This document shows, piece after piece, positions 37,678 through 48,929 of a stretch of 64,000 nt of DNA; position 1 is the first letter of the stretch; each line of letters starts with the position of its first letter. A model generated the notes under the pieces. The model saw only the letters and a program-made list of their open reading frames with translations. It made no database searches and was not told where the DNA came from. A program made the translations under genes and the position numbers. This DNA is from Deltaproteobacteria bacterium (lineage in GTDB: Bacteria; CG2-30-53-67), in assembly GCA_013151235.1 (NCBI GenBank), contig JAADIO010000002.1, positions 1-64,000 on the forward strand, read 5' to 3'.

Positions 37678-37889
37678 CTTTTTCTTCTCCTTGTATGATA
37701 ATTATCAAACTTCTTTTCACGAGTTCGTTGATTTTAATACAGGGGAAATCAATTTACAAACGAAATCTGACCGTACCATCGGAGTTTTCTCTTGAAATAA
37801 TCTCATTTTTTCATTATATTTAAAATAGTTAGACTGATTCATCCCTTTGCCGGACCCACTCACAGCCAACACTTTTTTCGCGAGCATAA

Positions 37890-38927
<1,038 letters not shown>

Positions 38928-38958
38928 TACGGCCACAGCGTCGTATGGACCCGAGGGT

Positions 38959-39816
38959 ATGTCCACCTTATTTTCTCATTTCAGACAATCTTTGACGCTC
39001 CTGGCATTGCTTCTTCTCTCTCTCGTCCTAATGACCAGCCAGGCCGACCGGAAAGCCGGGGGGAACGATTATCTCTCCATTCTTTTCGAGGCCGTCTCCT
39101 GGGTTGAAACGGGGCTCTCTACGATCTCTTCGGGGGCCCTCGGAATCTATCAGGGATATTTTCACCTTGTGGACGTAAAGAGAGAGAATCAAGCGCTCCG
39201 GAAACGGGTGGCCCTTCTGGAAAACAGGTTGCACATCCTCCACGAAAAGGCTGTGGAGAATCAACGTCTGCGGAAGCTCCTCCATTTCCAGGAAACCCGC
39301 CCCTTCGCCCTCCTTCCCGCCGGCGTCGTGGGCAAGGATTTCAATAGCTGGTCCCGAACGCTGGTGATCAACCAGGGAAGCCGCTCCGGCGTACAAACAG
39401 GCATGGCGGTGGTCCGCCCGGAAGGGGTCGTAGGGCGGATCCTTACGACTTCGAATCATTTCTCTCTGGTGCAGCTCATTTTAGACAGCAACAGTGACAT
39501 CCCCGCCATCGTCGAACGGACCCGTGCGGAAGGGATCGTCTCCGGAAAGATCCCCGATCGTTGCAGAATAAAATATCTCAACCGACTCGCGGATATCGTT
39601 GTGGGGGACCGTGTCCTCTCCTCAGGCCTGGGAGGAATCTATCCCAAAGGACTCATCATCGGCACGGTCAACTCAGTACACAAAAAGAAATACGGCCTCT
39701 TTCAGGAAGTCATCATCACCCCCGCCGTCGATTTTGCTAAAGTAGAAGAAGTCTTTGTTGTAAAAAACCGCCGCCTCTCCGAATATGACAAACTGATGAA
39801 AAGTAGACAGGAATGA
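38959..39816 (+). CDS. mreC: Rod shape-determining protein MreC
   Basis: EN.RLRKLL, GVVGRI, SSGLGGIYPKG; operon context. Confidence 0.94.
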   Translation: MSTLFSHFRQSLTLLALLLLSLVLMTSQADRKAGGNDYLSILFEAVSWVETGLSTISSGALGIYQGYFHLVDVKRENQALRKRVALLENRLHILHEKAVENQRLRKLLHFQETRPFALLPAGVVGKDFNSWSRTLVINQGSRSGVQTGMAVVRPEGVVGRILTTSNHFSLVQLILDSNSDIPAIVERTRAEGIVSGKIPDRCRIKYLNRLADIVVGDRVLSSGLGGIYPKGLIIGTVNSVHKKKYGLFQEVIITPAVDFAKVEEVFVVKNRRLSEYDKLMKSRQE

Positions 39817-40319
39817 AACCAATCCCTTACCTGCTCCTGATCACCCTTGCGATACCGGTCCAAATCCATCTCTTGAGTCTTCTCCCTTTCTCCTGTCCCC
39901 TGGACTTGATTCTGGTCATTACTTTCTACGCCGGCTATTTCCACGGGAAAAGCCGGGGGATGTTCATCGGCGCCTATCTCGGTCTTTTAACGGACGTTCT
40001 TTCAGGCGAACTGTTAGGGACCCAGATGTTTCTCAAAACCCTGATCGGTTATCTGGCAGCGGTCTTCGGGTTCAGTATTTTCAGCAAGAATCTCGGGGTT
40101 CATTTTCTGCTCCTTGCAATCATCTCCCTGTTAAACGGTTTTTGCAATCTTTTCCTGCTGCACCTATTCAGGGAAGGTCCGACCCTACAGGAGGCACTGA
40201 TCCCTCTGATCCTTCCGGCCGCTTTCTGGAACGCGGTGATCGGCTCCCTTTATGTCTTTCTGAGCCGGCGACGGGCCGGAAACCGGCAGATTTTCGCGGA
40301 AGAGGGCCATTCGGAGTAA
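39813..40319 (+). CDS. mreD: Rod shape-determining protein MreD
   Basis: Hydrophobic multi-TM protein with G..LGLL.D; lies between mreC and mrdA. Confidence 0.85.
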   Translation: MKPIPYLLLITLAIPVQIHLLSLLPFSCPLDLILVITFYAGYFHGKSRGMFIGAYLGLLTDVLSGELLGTQMFLKTLIGYLAAVFGFSIFSKNLGVHFLLLAIISLLNGFCNLFLLHLFREGPTLQEALIPLILPAAFWNAVIGSLYVFLSRRRAGNRQIFAEEGHSE

Positions 40320-40346
40320 CGACGGTCAACATACGGAGAGTCTTCC

Positions 40347-42227
40347 TTGAGTATCCACCCGTCACTTCCCTCCTTGCAGCTCCTGCATAGGCGGACCCGC
40401 ATCGTTGCCGCCTTTCTGGCCGGCTTCTTCGTCATCCTCGTCGCCCGGGTCTGGTATCTGCAGATCCTGCAGGGACACATCTACAAAGAACGTTCCATCA
40501 GGCAGCGAACCCGTATTCAGCGAGTTTTCGCCCCACGAGGCGAGTTTTTGGACCGGGAAGGACGGATCCTCGTCGACACCCGGCCGGGCTTTAACATCAC
40601 GATCACCCGGGAGGATGTGCAGGATCTCGATCAAACCCTTCAGCGCCTCTCCCGCCTGACGGGCCTTTCCCCGGAGAAGGCGAAGGAAACTCTCCGCCGG
40701 GCACGCGAGAAGGGGACGCCTGCCTTTCAGCCGATCCGTCTCCTCACGAATGTGAACTGGAAAACCGTTGCCCTGTTGGAGGCCACCCCAATGAACCTGC
40801 CGGGAATCGATATTTCCCCGGAGCCGTTGCGCAACTTCCGCTATGGCGATCTCTTCGCTCACGGCTTCGGCTATTTAGGCGAAATCAGCCGAACGGAGCT
40901 TTCTCAGCCCGCCTTCCGTAACGATCGTGTGGGGGACGAGATCGGCAAAGCCGGTCTCGAAAAGATTCTGCAACAGGAGCTGAAGGGGACCGACGGCTTC
41001 CGGCGGGTGGAGGTCAATTCCCGGGGACGAATCATCGATGAAACCGCAGGACACCCCCCCGTTCCCGGGAACCGGATCTTTTTAACCATAGACCTCGACC
41101 TCCAGCGAACCCTGGAGAAGGCCTTCGGCAACCAGGCAGGCGCCGGTGTCGTCCTCAACGTTAACAACGGAGAGATCCTCGCCATGGCCAGCCGTCCCAC
41201 CTTTCGTCCGGACCTCTTCTCCGGCGGCATTCCCCGGAAAAAATGGAACGAGCTCCTCCACGACCCCCTACATCCCCTGACCAACAAAGCCATTTCGGGC
41301 CAGTACCCCCCCGGTTCGGTCTTCAAGATCGTCGTGGCCGTTGCAGCCCTGGAGGAAAAAGTCATCTCCCCCGATGAAACCATCACCTGCCGCGGCTATA
41401 TCGGTTTCGGCGGACGGCATTATCGATGCTGGAAACGGGGGGGGCATGGGAAGATCGGCCTCACGCGGGCACTGATCGAGTCCTGTGACGTCTATTTCTA
41501 CGAGGTCGGCGAGCGACTCGGAATCGACAAGATCGCCGAGTATGCCCGCAGCCTCGGTTTGGGGAGCCCCACGGGGATCCTCCTGGAAGGAGAACGGGCC
41601 GGGCTCATCCCGGACCGGTCCTGGAAACAGCGGGTCCGTAAGGAGCCCTGGTTCCCGGGAGAGACCTTGAGCGCCTCCATCGGCCAGGGCTATATCCTGG
41701 TCACCCCGATTCAGCTGGCCAACCTGACGGCCACGATTGCCAACGGCGGGACCCTCTATCGTCCCCAACTGGTCCGCCGGATCGAGGACTACGAGGGAAA
41801 CCTCCTCGAGGTGAGGAGTCCTGAGGTTTTACATGATGTCCCCATCTCCTCCCGGACGCTCCACCTGATCACCCACGCCCTTGAAGGAGTGGTTTCGGGC
41901 AAACACGGCACCGGTCGACGGGCAAGAATTGAGGGGATACGAATTGCCGGCAAGACCGGCACGGCTCAGGTAGTGAGGATGCGTCAGGAAGAAGAACGAA
42001 AGGAGGATCTCCCCGACCGGTATCGCGACCACGCCCTCTTCGTCGCCTTCGCCCCGGTGGAGAAACCGGAGATCGCCCTGGCGATCATCGTGGAACATGG
42101 GGGGCATGGCGGCTCGGCGGCCGCCCCCATTGCCAGGAAGGTCCTCCGTGCCTATTTTAAGAAAAGCGGTCGGATAATAGAGATCGCCGGCCGTTCCACC
42201 CCCCCAGCCAAGGAGAAGAAACCGTGA
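40347..42227 (+). CDS. mrdA: Penicillin-binding protein 2
   Basis: APRG...DR.G, YPPGSVFK (SxxK), SCD (SxD), AGKTGTAQ. Confidence 0.95.
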   Translation: MSIHPSLPSLQLLHRRTRIVAAFLAGFFVILVARVWYLQILQGHIYKERSIRQRTRIQRVFAPRGEFLDREGRILVDTRPGFNITITREDVQDLDQTLQRLSRLTGLSPEKAKETLRRAREKGTPAFQPIRLLTNVNWKTVALLEATPMNLPGIDISPEPLRNFRYGDLFAHGFGYLGEISRTELSQPAFRNDRVGDEIGKAGLEKILQQELKGTDGFRRVEVNSRGRIIDETAGHPPVPGNRIFLTIDLDLQRTLEKAFGNQAGAGVVLNVNNGEILAMASRPTFRPDLFSGGIPRKKWNELLHDPLHPLTNKAISGQYPPGSVFKIVVAVAALEEKVISPDETITCRGYIGFGGRHYRCWKRGGHGKIGLTRALIESCDVYFYEVGERLGIDKIAEYARSLGLGSPTGILLEGERAGLIPDRSWKQRVRKEPWFPGETLSASIGQGYILVTPIQLANLTATIANGGTLYRPQLVRRIEDYEGNLLEVRSPEVLHDVPISSRTLHLITHALEGVVSGKHGTGRRARIEGIRIAGKTGTAQVVRMRQEEERKEDLPDRYRDHALFVAFAPVEKPEIALAIIVEHGGHGGSAAAPIARKVLRAYFKKSGRIIEIAGRSTPPAKEKKP

Positions 42228-43327
42228 TGCTCGACCGAAGACTGATTACCCATTTTGATTTCGGATTTCTTTTTCTGGTCCTGCTGATCTCCCTGATCGG
42301 AGAGGGAGCTATCTACAGCGCCTCTCATTTTGCAGGCAGTCCTCCCTCCGACCTCTACCTCCGGCAGCTCTACTGGATCGGGATCGGGCTCATCCTGCTG
42401 CTGGCAACCATCTCCATCGACTACCGTTCTCTTCATCGCTATGCCTACCTGATCTATGCCGTGTCTGTCGGGCTTCTCTTGGTCGTTTCCTTCAAAGGTG
42501 CGATCGGCATGGGAGCACAACGCTGGATCGTTGTGGGCCCTCTGACACTGCAGCCCTCGGAGTTGGCCAAGATCGCATTGATCCTGGTCCTCTCCCGATA
42601 TCTTTCGGACATCCAGGAACGGGGGGGCTTCACCGCCGGACATTATTTTAATCTCGCGCTGCTGATCGGTCTTCCCCTCATTCTCATCCTGCGCCAACCG
42701 GATCTGGGGACCTCTCTTATGCTTCTCTTCATTGCCGTCACCCTGCTTTTTCTCGCCGGAATGCCGGTCCGTTTCTTCACCTATGCCGGGGTGACGGTTC
42801 TGGGCGCCGTCCCTTTTCTCTGGCGCTTTCTCAAGGATTATCAGAAGCAGCGAATCCGGGTCTTTTTCAACCCGGACCTTGACCCGAGCGGAGCAGGATA
42901 CCATATCATTCAATCCAAGATCGCAATCGGGTCGGGAGGGTTTCTGGGGAAAGGGATCATGCACGGCACCCAGAGTCAGCTTCGATTTCTGCCGGAGCAG
43001 CACACCGATTTCATCTTCTCCGTTATCGCAGAAGAAACCGGATTTATCGGAACCCTGATCCTGATCCTGCTTTTTGCCTACCTCATCTTCAAGGGGATCA
43101 ACATCGCACTGAAAACGCAGGACCTCTTCGGGACGCTCGTGGCAACGGGGATTACAACAATGATCGCCTACTATATCCTGATCAATATCGGGATGACGTC
43201 GGGTCTCTTTCCCGTCGTCGGCGTCCCTCTTCCCTTCATCAGTTACGGAGGGTCCTCCCTGATCACACTCTTCATCGGGGTCGGTTTGATTCTGAATATC
43301 CGGATGCGTCGATTTCACGAAGGGTAA
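42224..43327 (+). CDS. rodA: SEDS peptidoglycan glycosyltransferase RodA
   Basis: GAQRW, QPSELAK, QPDLGT, LPEQHTDFIF, PFISYGGSS. Confidence 0.96.
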   Translation: MMLDRRLITHFDFGFLFLVLLISLIGEGAIYSASHFAGSPPSDLYLRQLYWIGIGLILLLATISIDYRSLHRYAYLIYAVSVGLLLVVSFKGAIGMGAQRWIVVGPLTLQPSELAKIALILVLSRYLSDIQERGGFTAGHYFNLALLIGLPLILILRQPDLGTSLMLLFIAVTLLFLAGMPVRFFTYAGVTVLGAVPFLWRFLKDYQKQRIRVFFNPDLDPSGAGYHIIQSKIAIGSGGFLGKGIMHGTQSQLRFLPEQHTDFIFSVIAEETGFIGTLILILLFAYLIFKGINIALKTQDLFGTLVATGITTMIAYYILINIGMTSGLFPVVGVPLPFISYGGSSLITLFIGVGLILNIRMRRFHEG

Positions 43328-43365
43328 AAAGAAATGCTCCCTTTGCGGCAGGAAGCGGAGAGGAG

Positions 43366-43908
43366 TTAGTGAAGATTGCGTGCAATCAGGACGAGCAATG
43401 CAACAATAAGGCCGCCGTTGACAATATGTTCCCCGTTTTTCACCCACTGGCGCCCGGACCATTCCCCCGATCCGCTCTGGTAGGGGGTAAACCTGGGCCA
43501 CATGGACCGGACATTCTCCTGATACCGGAGGAATTCATCGCCGAAGAGTTTATGCAGGGTCCGCTCTTCCTTGTGAATAGAGGGGATATAGAGCCAGAGG
43601 TAGAGAAAAATGAAAAAGGCAAAGGCGTAGAGGAAATATCCGGAGAGGAGACAGAACCCGACGGCAATCAGGACATTCCCCACATAAAGGGGGTTTCGCA
43701 CGAAGGAGTAAGGCCCCGTTGTTGCCAGCTCCCGGTCTTTTTTCACATATCCCCCGGCCCAGAAGCGGATGGCGATTCCGGCAACGGAAAACAGAAGTCC
43801 GGCCAGAACACTTCCCGTTGAGGCCGGCCGCCCGATCACGGTTAAAACAATAAGGAAAAAAATTCCCACGATCTGCCGGATCGCATGAGGTTTTCGAATC
43901 TTCTTCAT
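43366..43908 (-). CDS. Isoprenylcysteine carboxyl-methyltransferase/PEMT-family membrane methyltransferase
   Basis: IRFWA.G, LATTGPYSFVRNPLYVG, EE..L...FG.EF..Y...V. Confidence 0.85.
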   Translation of the reverse strand: MKKIRKPHAIRQIVGIFFLIVLTVIGRPASTGSVLAGLLFSVAGIAIRFWAGGYVKKDRELATTGPYSFVRNPLYVGNVLIAVGFCLLSGYFLYAFAFFIFLYLWLYIPSIHKEERTLHKLFGDEFLRYQENVRSMWPRFTPYQSGSGEWSGRQWVKNGEHIVNGGLIVALLVLIARNLH

Positions 43909-44007
43909 AATATAATGTAATGTCTCTTCCACAAAAGGCTCCTGAAATCGAAATTCATCCAAAAATTGATTGACCAATCCACCATTGCCGGTGGATTTGA
44001 AAAAGGG

Positions 44008-44457
44008 CTATTTCCCGATCTTCACGGACTCCTGAAGCAGGGGGGTAATCTTGAGTTCCGGTTTTCGGGCGGCCTGGCCCATCTCGCACTTTCCCTCAAA
44101 GACAACCCCGTCTTCGATCACGATCACCGGCGTCTGTATGTTTCCATGGAGCACGGCCGGCGCATAGAATTCCGCCCGGTCCTTGACGGTGATGTTCCCC
44201 TGGATCTTCCCCCGGGAGATCAGCCGTCCCACATCGATATTGGCATTGATCTCGGCATCCTCACCGATGATCAGGGTATCCTTGGCAATGATCTCACCCT
44301 CGACCTTCCCGTCGATCTTGACCGTCCCTTCGTAGGTCAAAACACCCTTAAACGAGGTTTCTTTGCCCAAGATCGTGTTGATATCTCCGGAAACCGAGGG
44401 GGACGGACCGCTGTTCTGACTGCCGCGATAATCGTTCCGTTTTTTGAAATTCATCAT
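44008..44457 (-). CDS. Bactofilin (polymer-forming cytoskeletal protein)
   Basis: TILG..T.F.G.L...G.VKIDG.VEG.I, beta-helix repeats, IEDG.VFEG.C.M. Confidence 0.92.
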   Translation of the reverse strand: MMNFKKRNDYRGSQNSGPSPSVSGDINTILGKETSFKGVLTYEGTVKIDGKVEGEIIAKDTLIIGEDAEINANIDVGRLISRGKIQGNITVKDRAEFYAPAVLHGNIQTPVIVIEDGVVFEGKCEMGQAARKPELKITPLLQESVKIGK

Positions 44458-44483
44458 CTCTCCTTAGAGTCTTCCCTTAACCT

Positions 44484-45353
44484 TCAGGGATGGGTCGTTT
44501 CCCGCAGCAGGGTAATCAACCGTTCCCGTTCCTTCGACGAGGTATAGGTAATCTCGATTTTTCCCCGACCGCTGTGATCATGGATCCGAACTTTTGTTCC
44601 GAATCCCCGTCTCAGTGCTTCCTCCATGGCCCGGACATGGACGTCCGTCTTTTTTCCCGGCGCCTTTTCCTTCTTGCCGGAGAGATCCTTCCGGACTCGC
44701 TTCTCCGTCTCCCGAACGGAAAGTCCCTTGCGGATGATCTCCCGGCCCAGGGCAAGTTGCTGTGAGGCGGACGAAAGAGAAAGAAGGGCCTTAGCATGAC
44801 CCGCCGTCAGTTTCGATCGGCGGAGATATCCCTTTAATTCCTCCGGGAGGGAGAGAAACCGAAGGGCATTGGCAACGGAGGAACGTTGCTTTCCCAGTTT
44901 GCGGGCGACCTCTTCCTGGGTCAGGTGAAATTCCCGCATCAGTTGATCGTAGGATTCCGCCGCTTCCATGGGGTTGAGGTTTTCCCGCTGGAGATTTTCA
45001 ATCAGGGCAAGTTCCAGGGAGTCCTGTTCCGAAACCTTTCGTATGAGCGCCGGAATCCGGACGATCCCCGCCTGCTGTGCGGCACGCCACCTCCGTTCTC
45101 CGGCAATGAGTTCAAAATCCCGCCCCCGCTGCCGCACCAGAACCGGCTGAATCACTCCCCGGTTTCGCACGGATCGAACCAGGTCGGCCATCCCTTCATC
45201 TGTAAATTCTTTGCGCGGTTGATGCGGATTGGGAAGAATACTCGCCACGGGGAGCTCCCTCACTCCCTCCTCTTCCGTCCCCTGTTGCATGACCGGGATC
45301 GGCTTATCCGGAATAAGGGCCGACAACCCTTTGCCCAATACTTTTCTCGACAT
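44484..45353 (-). CDS. parB: Chromosome partitioning protein ParB/Spo0J
   Basis: LGKGLSALI, PNP.QPRK.F, IAGERRWRA, ALIENLQRENLNP. Confidence 0.96.
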   Translation of the reverse strand: MSRKVLGKGLSALIPDKPIPVMQQGTEEEGVRELPVASILPNPHQPRKEFTDEGMADLVRSVRNRGVIQPVLVRQRGRDFELIAGERRWRAAQQAGIVRIPALIRKVSEQDSLELALIENLQRENLNPMEAAESYDQLMREFHLTQEEVARKLGKQRSSVANALRFLSLPEELKGYLRRSKLTAGHAKALLSLSSASQQLALGREIIRKGLSVRETEKRVRKDLSGKKEKAPGKKTDVHVRAMEEALRRGFGTKVRIHDHSGRGKIEITYTSSKERERLITLLRETTHP

Positions 45354-46098
45354 GATGAATCACTTCCTTTGCAAGACTGAGATAACTTTGCGCCCCCCGG
45401 GAGCGGACATCATAAAGCAAAACCGGCATCCCGTGACTCGGGGACTCTCCAAGCCGTACATTCCGGGGGATCACCGTTTCAAAAACCAGCCCTTCAAAAT
45501 GCCCCCGGACCTCCTCGGCTACCTGTAGGGAAAGGTTGTTCCGAACGTCAAACATGGTCAGCAGGATCCCCTCGATGGAGAGGTGCGGGTTCAGGTTCTC
45601 CCGGACCCGTTGAATCGTCCCCAAAAGATGGGAGAGCCCCTCTAATGCATAGTATTCACACTGAAGAGGAACGATGACCCCATCCGATGCCGTCAGTGCA
45701 TTCAGTGTAAGAAGCCCCAGGGAGGGGGGACAATCGATGAGGATAAAGTCATATTGACTGCGGAGCCCGTTCAGGACCTCCTTAAGGAGAAATTCCCGGT
45801 TCTCCAGATTGACCAGCTCAACTTCGGCACCGGCCAGGGCCATGGAAGAGGGGATCAGGGCCACTCCATCGATTGCCGTGGAAAGGGAAAGCTCCCCCGG
45901 ATCCCCGCCCTGAAAAAGATCGTAAACGCTCCCGGCAACGGATGTCCGGTCAACGCCGAATCCGCTGGTGCCGTTTCCCTGCGGATCAATGTCCACGAGC
46001 AGAACCTTCTTTTCCGCCACGCCTAAAGAGGCGGCAAGATTGACTGCCGTCGTCGTCTTGCCCACTCCTCCCTTTTGATTGGCAATGGAGAGGATCAT
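45304..46098 (-). CDS. parA: Chromosome partitioning ATPase ParA/Soj
   Basis: NQKGGVGKTTT, DIDPQGN, IDCPPSLG, QCEYYALEG, IPRNVRL.ESPSHG. Confidence 0.96.
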   Translation of the reverse strand: MILSIANQKGGVGKTTTAVNLAASLGVAEKKVLLVDIDPQGNGTSGFGVDRTSVAGSVYDLFQGGDPGELSLSTAIDGVALIPSSMALAGAEVELVNLENREFLLKEVLNGLRSQYDFILIDCPPSLGLLTLNALTASDGVIVPLQCEYYALEGLSHLLGTIQRVRENLNPHLSIEGILLTMFDVRNNLSLQVAEEVRGHFEGLVFETVIPRNVRLGESPSHGMPVLLYDVRSRGAQSYLSLAKEVIHHVEKSIGQRVVGPYSG

Positions 46099-46314
46099 GC
46101 AGAGAACTCCATCTCGACCGGCACATAAAAACTTCGGTCAAATATTATAACACATTGATTTTAATAGGAAATTTATATTTGCTCCTTGGCGTACATCTCG
46201 CAATGTTTTTCCTTACGATATCACAGAACTCCTTTCAGGAAAAGGAAAAAGGGGACCCTTTCGAATCCGACGATTTCAACAAGCTTTGCTCCAAATCCGG
46301 ATAGATGCTGAAAA

Positions 46315-46330
46315 TGTTCCACGTGGAACA
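46315..46330. promoter_or_regulatory. parS centromere site
   Basis: Perfect palindrome TGTTCCACGTGGAACA. Confidence 0.93.
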
Positions 46331-46336
46331 TTTGGA

Positions 46337-46999
46337 TTATTTTTTGATCTTTTCAACAATCACAACGTTTCGGGTGTGGTGAAGAAAGGGGACCTTCAGG
46401 GGGGCAACCTCCCCCACACGGAGCCCGAGACACAGAAGTCCTTTTTCGATCCTTCGCAGCTCCTCATTCACACTTCTCGATTTTTGAAACAGATAGATCC
46501 CGTCTTTCCGGAGCAAGTGAGCCGTCCAGTGACAAACCTTGTCGATACTTGAAACCGCCCGACAGAGGATCCGGTCGAAGCCGGCCTCGATCCCTTTCCC
46601 ATATTCATCCGCCCGCATCGTGGCCACTTCGGCCCCTTTCAGGGAGAGGGTGCGGATCATGTGTCGGAGAAAAACGGAACGTTTCTGCGATGCGTCGAGG
46701 AGAACCAGCCGCAGGGCCGGCTCCACGATCTTGAGGGGAAGACCCGGCAACCCGGCGCCGCTTCCTACATCCAGGACGGAAAGACCGGGAGTAATCCGGC
46801 CGGTCTGAAAGAGGGAAAGGGAATCGAGAAAGTGATGGATTTCAATATCTTCCCGTTTCCGGTGTCCCGTGAGATTGATCCTACGCGACCAGTCCATTAA
46901 CTCCCGGGTATAGATCTCAAAAAGTTCTTTTTCGACGGCCCCGAGGGTTAAGCCGAGGGCTTCGGCCCCTTCAAGGAGTATTCCTTGTTTTTCAGCCAA
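46337..46999 (-). CDS. rsmG: 16S rRNA m7G527 methyltransferase
   Basis: W...INLT, HFLDSL, DVGSGAGLPGLPL, RA. Confidence 0.94.
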   Translation of the reverse strand: MAEKQGILLEGAEALGLTLGAVEKELFEIYTRELMDWSRRINLTGHRKREDIEIHHFLDSLSLFQTGRITPGLSVLDVGSGAGLPGLPLKIVEPALRLVLLDASQKRSVFLRHMIRTLSLKGAEVATMRADEYGKGIEAGFDRILCRAVSSIDKVCHWTAHLLRKDGIYLFQKSRSVNEELRRIEKGLLCLGLRVGEVAPLKVPFLHHTRNVVIVEKIKK

Positions 47000-47000
47000 T

Positions 47001-48878
47001 TCAACTTCTCCCGCCGCCGTATTTTTTCAAATAGATCCGGATAATCGACAGGGCCGCCGGTGTTACACCGGAGATACGGCCGGCCTGCCCAATCGATGCA
47101 GGACGGATCCGTTCCAGCTTTTCCACCACCTCCAGCGAAAGCCCGGGAAGCCGACTGTAGTCGATCTCCTCTGGAATCCTGACCTCCTCCATTTTGCGAT
47201 ATCTTTTTACCTGCTCCGTCTGCCGCTGGATGAAACCATCATATTTCGCCTCAATCTCACAGATCCTCCTTACCTCCCGGTCCAGGTCCGGTCTGGATTG
47301 ATCCAGGCCGGCCGTTTTGTCGTAGTCAAGTTCGGGACGCTTGATTAGACGAAAAAGGGAAGTCTTGTTGTGCAAAGGAGCGCTCGCTACCGAGGCAAGG
47401 CGCTCGTTAACCTCGGCCGAGGGGAAGAAAAAGGTCGTTCGTAATCGCTTCATTTCTCCTTCGATCTTCTCCTTCTTTTCGCAAAAGGCCTCATAATCCC
47501 CCCGGGAGATGAGACCTACCTGGTACCCTTTCTCCCGTAATCGAAGATCGGCATTGTCCTGACGCAACAAAAGTCGATATTCCGCCCGGGAGGTAAACAT
47601 CCGGTAAGGCTCTTCCGTTCCCAGTGTAACCAGGTCGTCAATCAGGACCCCGATATAGGCCTCTGAGCGGTTCAGAACAAGGGGCGGACGTCCACGGATC
47701 TTTTGGGCAGCATTTATCCCGGCCATCAGCCCTTGAGCCGCTGCTTCTTCATAACCGGAGGTCCCGTTGATCTGCCCCGCGTGGTAAAGTCCGGCGATCA
47801 ACTTCGTTTCCAGCGTCGGGAAAAGCTGAAGGGGGGAGACATAATCATACTCCACGGCATAGCCCGGTCGCATGATCCTTGCACGGGAAAGCCCGGGGAT
47901 GGACTGAACCAGCTCTTTCTGGACATCGAAAGGTAGGCTGGTGGAAATCCCGTTGGCGTAGACCTCCTCCGTATCGAGTCCCTCCGGTTCAAGAAAGACC
48001 TGATGCCGGTCCTTTTCAGGAAACCGGACCACCTTGTCCTCTATGGAGGGGCAGTACCGCGGTCCCACCCCCTGAATCCGGCCGCTGTAAAGAGGCGACC
48101 GGTCAAGGTTTTTCATAATGATTTCATGGGTCCGATGGTCGGTATAGGTGATATGGCAGGGAACTTGTTCCCGCCGGATCGACGGGGTGGAAAAAGAGAA
48201 CGGCTGCGGATCCGGATCCCCATACTGCGGGAGCAAACCTGAAAAATCGATGCTCGGCCCATGAAGTCTCGGCGGGGTCCCCGTTTTCAGACGACCGATG
48301 GTAAATCCCAGGGATCTCAAATCATCCGCAAGCGCTACGGCAGGGGGTTCCCCTGCCCTTCCGCCCGGAAAGCTGGAAACTCCTACGTGAATCAATCCCT
48401 TGAGAAAGGTTCCCGTCGTGACGATCACTGCCTTCGCTCCGTAATGATAACCGAGATCATTCTCCACACCGAAGACCTTCCGGTTCCGGATCAACAGTCT
48501 CTTTACCGTCCCCTGCTGCACAACAAGGCCGGGCTGATTCTCCACGATCGATTTCATTCGCAGCCGATACCCCTGTTTGTCGGCCTGCGCCCTTGGGGCC
48601 TGAACGGCCGGCCCTTTACGGGTGTTGAGCATTCGGAACTGGATCCCCGTTGCGTCGATGACACGCCCCATTTCACCACCCAGGGCATCGATCTCGCGAA
48701 CCAGATGCCCCTTGGCCAATCCTCCGATGGCGGGATTGCAGGACATCAGGGCGATATGGTCAAGGTGAAGGGTCAAAAGGAGGGTGGAACAACCGAGCCG
48801 GGCGGCCGAGAGAGCGGCCTCACAGCCGGCATGCCCAGCGCCGATTACGATAATGTCGAACTGCTCATCCGTTGTCAC
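47001..48878 (-). CDS. mnmG: tRNA uridine-5-carboxymethylaminomethyl(34) synthesis enzyme
   Basis: GAGHAGCEAA, MSCNPAIGG, RLKTGTPPR, GPRYCPSIEDK, GQINGTSGYEEAA; GTG start after AGGAG. Confidence 0.98.
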   Translation of the reverse strand: MTTDEQFDIIVIGAGHAGCEAALSAARLGCSTLLLTLHLDHIALMSCNPAIGGLAKGHLVREIDALGGEMGRVIDATGIQFRMLNTRKGPAVQAPRAQADKQGYRLRMKSIVENQPGLVVQQGTVKRLLIRNRKVFGVENDLGYHYGAKAVIVTTGTFLKGLIHVGVSSFPGGRAGEPPAVALADDLRSLGFTIGRLKTGTPPRLHGPSIDFSGLLPQYGDPDPQPFSFSTPSIRREQVPCHITYTDHRTHEIIMKNLDRSPLYSGRIQGVGPRYCPSIEDKVVRFPEKDRHQVFLEPEGLDTEEVYANGISTSLPFDVQKELVQSIPGLSRARIMRPGYAVEYDYVSPLQLFPTLETKLIAGLYHAGQINGTSGYEEAAAQGLMAGINAAQKIRGRPPLVLNRSEAYIGVLIDDLVTLGTEEPYRMFTSRAEYRLLLRQDNADLRLREKGYQVGLISRGDYEAFCEKKEKIEGEMKRLRTTFFFPSAEVNERLASVASAPLHNKTSLFRLIKRPELDYDKTAGLDQSRPDLDREVRRICEIEAKYDGFIQRQTEQVKRYRKMEEVRIPEEIDYSRLPGLSLEVVEKLERIRPASIGQAGRISGVTPAALSIIRIYLKKYGGGRS

Positions 48879-48911
48879 GGCATCTCCTGCACAATTTTTA
48901 TTCAACGGAAA

Positions 48912-48927
48912 TGTTCCACGTGGAACA
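48912..48927. promoter_or_regulatory. parS centromere site
   Basis: Perfect palindrome TGTTCCACGTGGAACA in the mnmE-mnmG gap. Confidence 0.93.
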
Positions 48928-48929
48928 TT

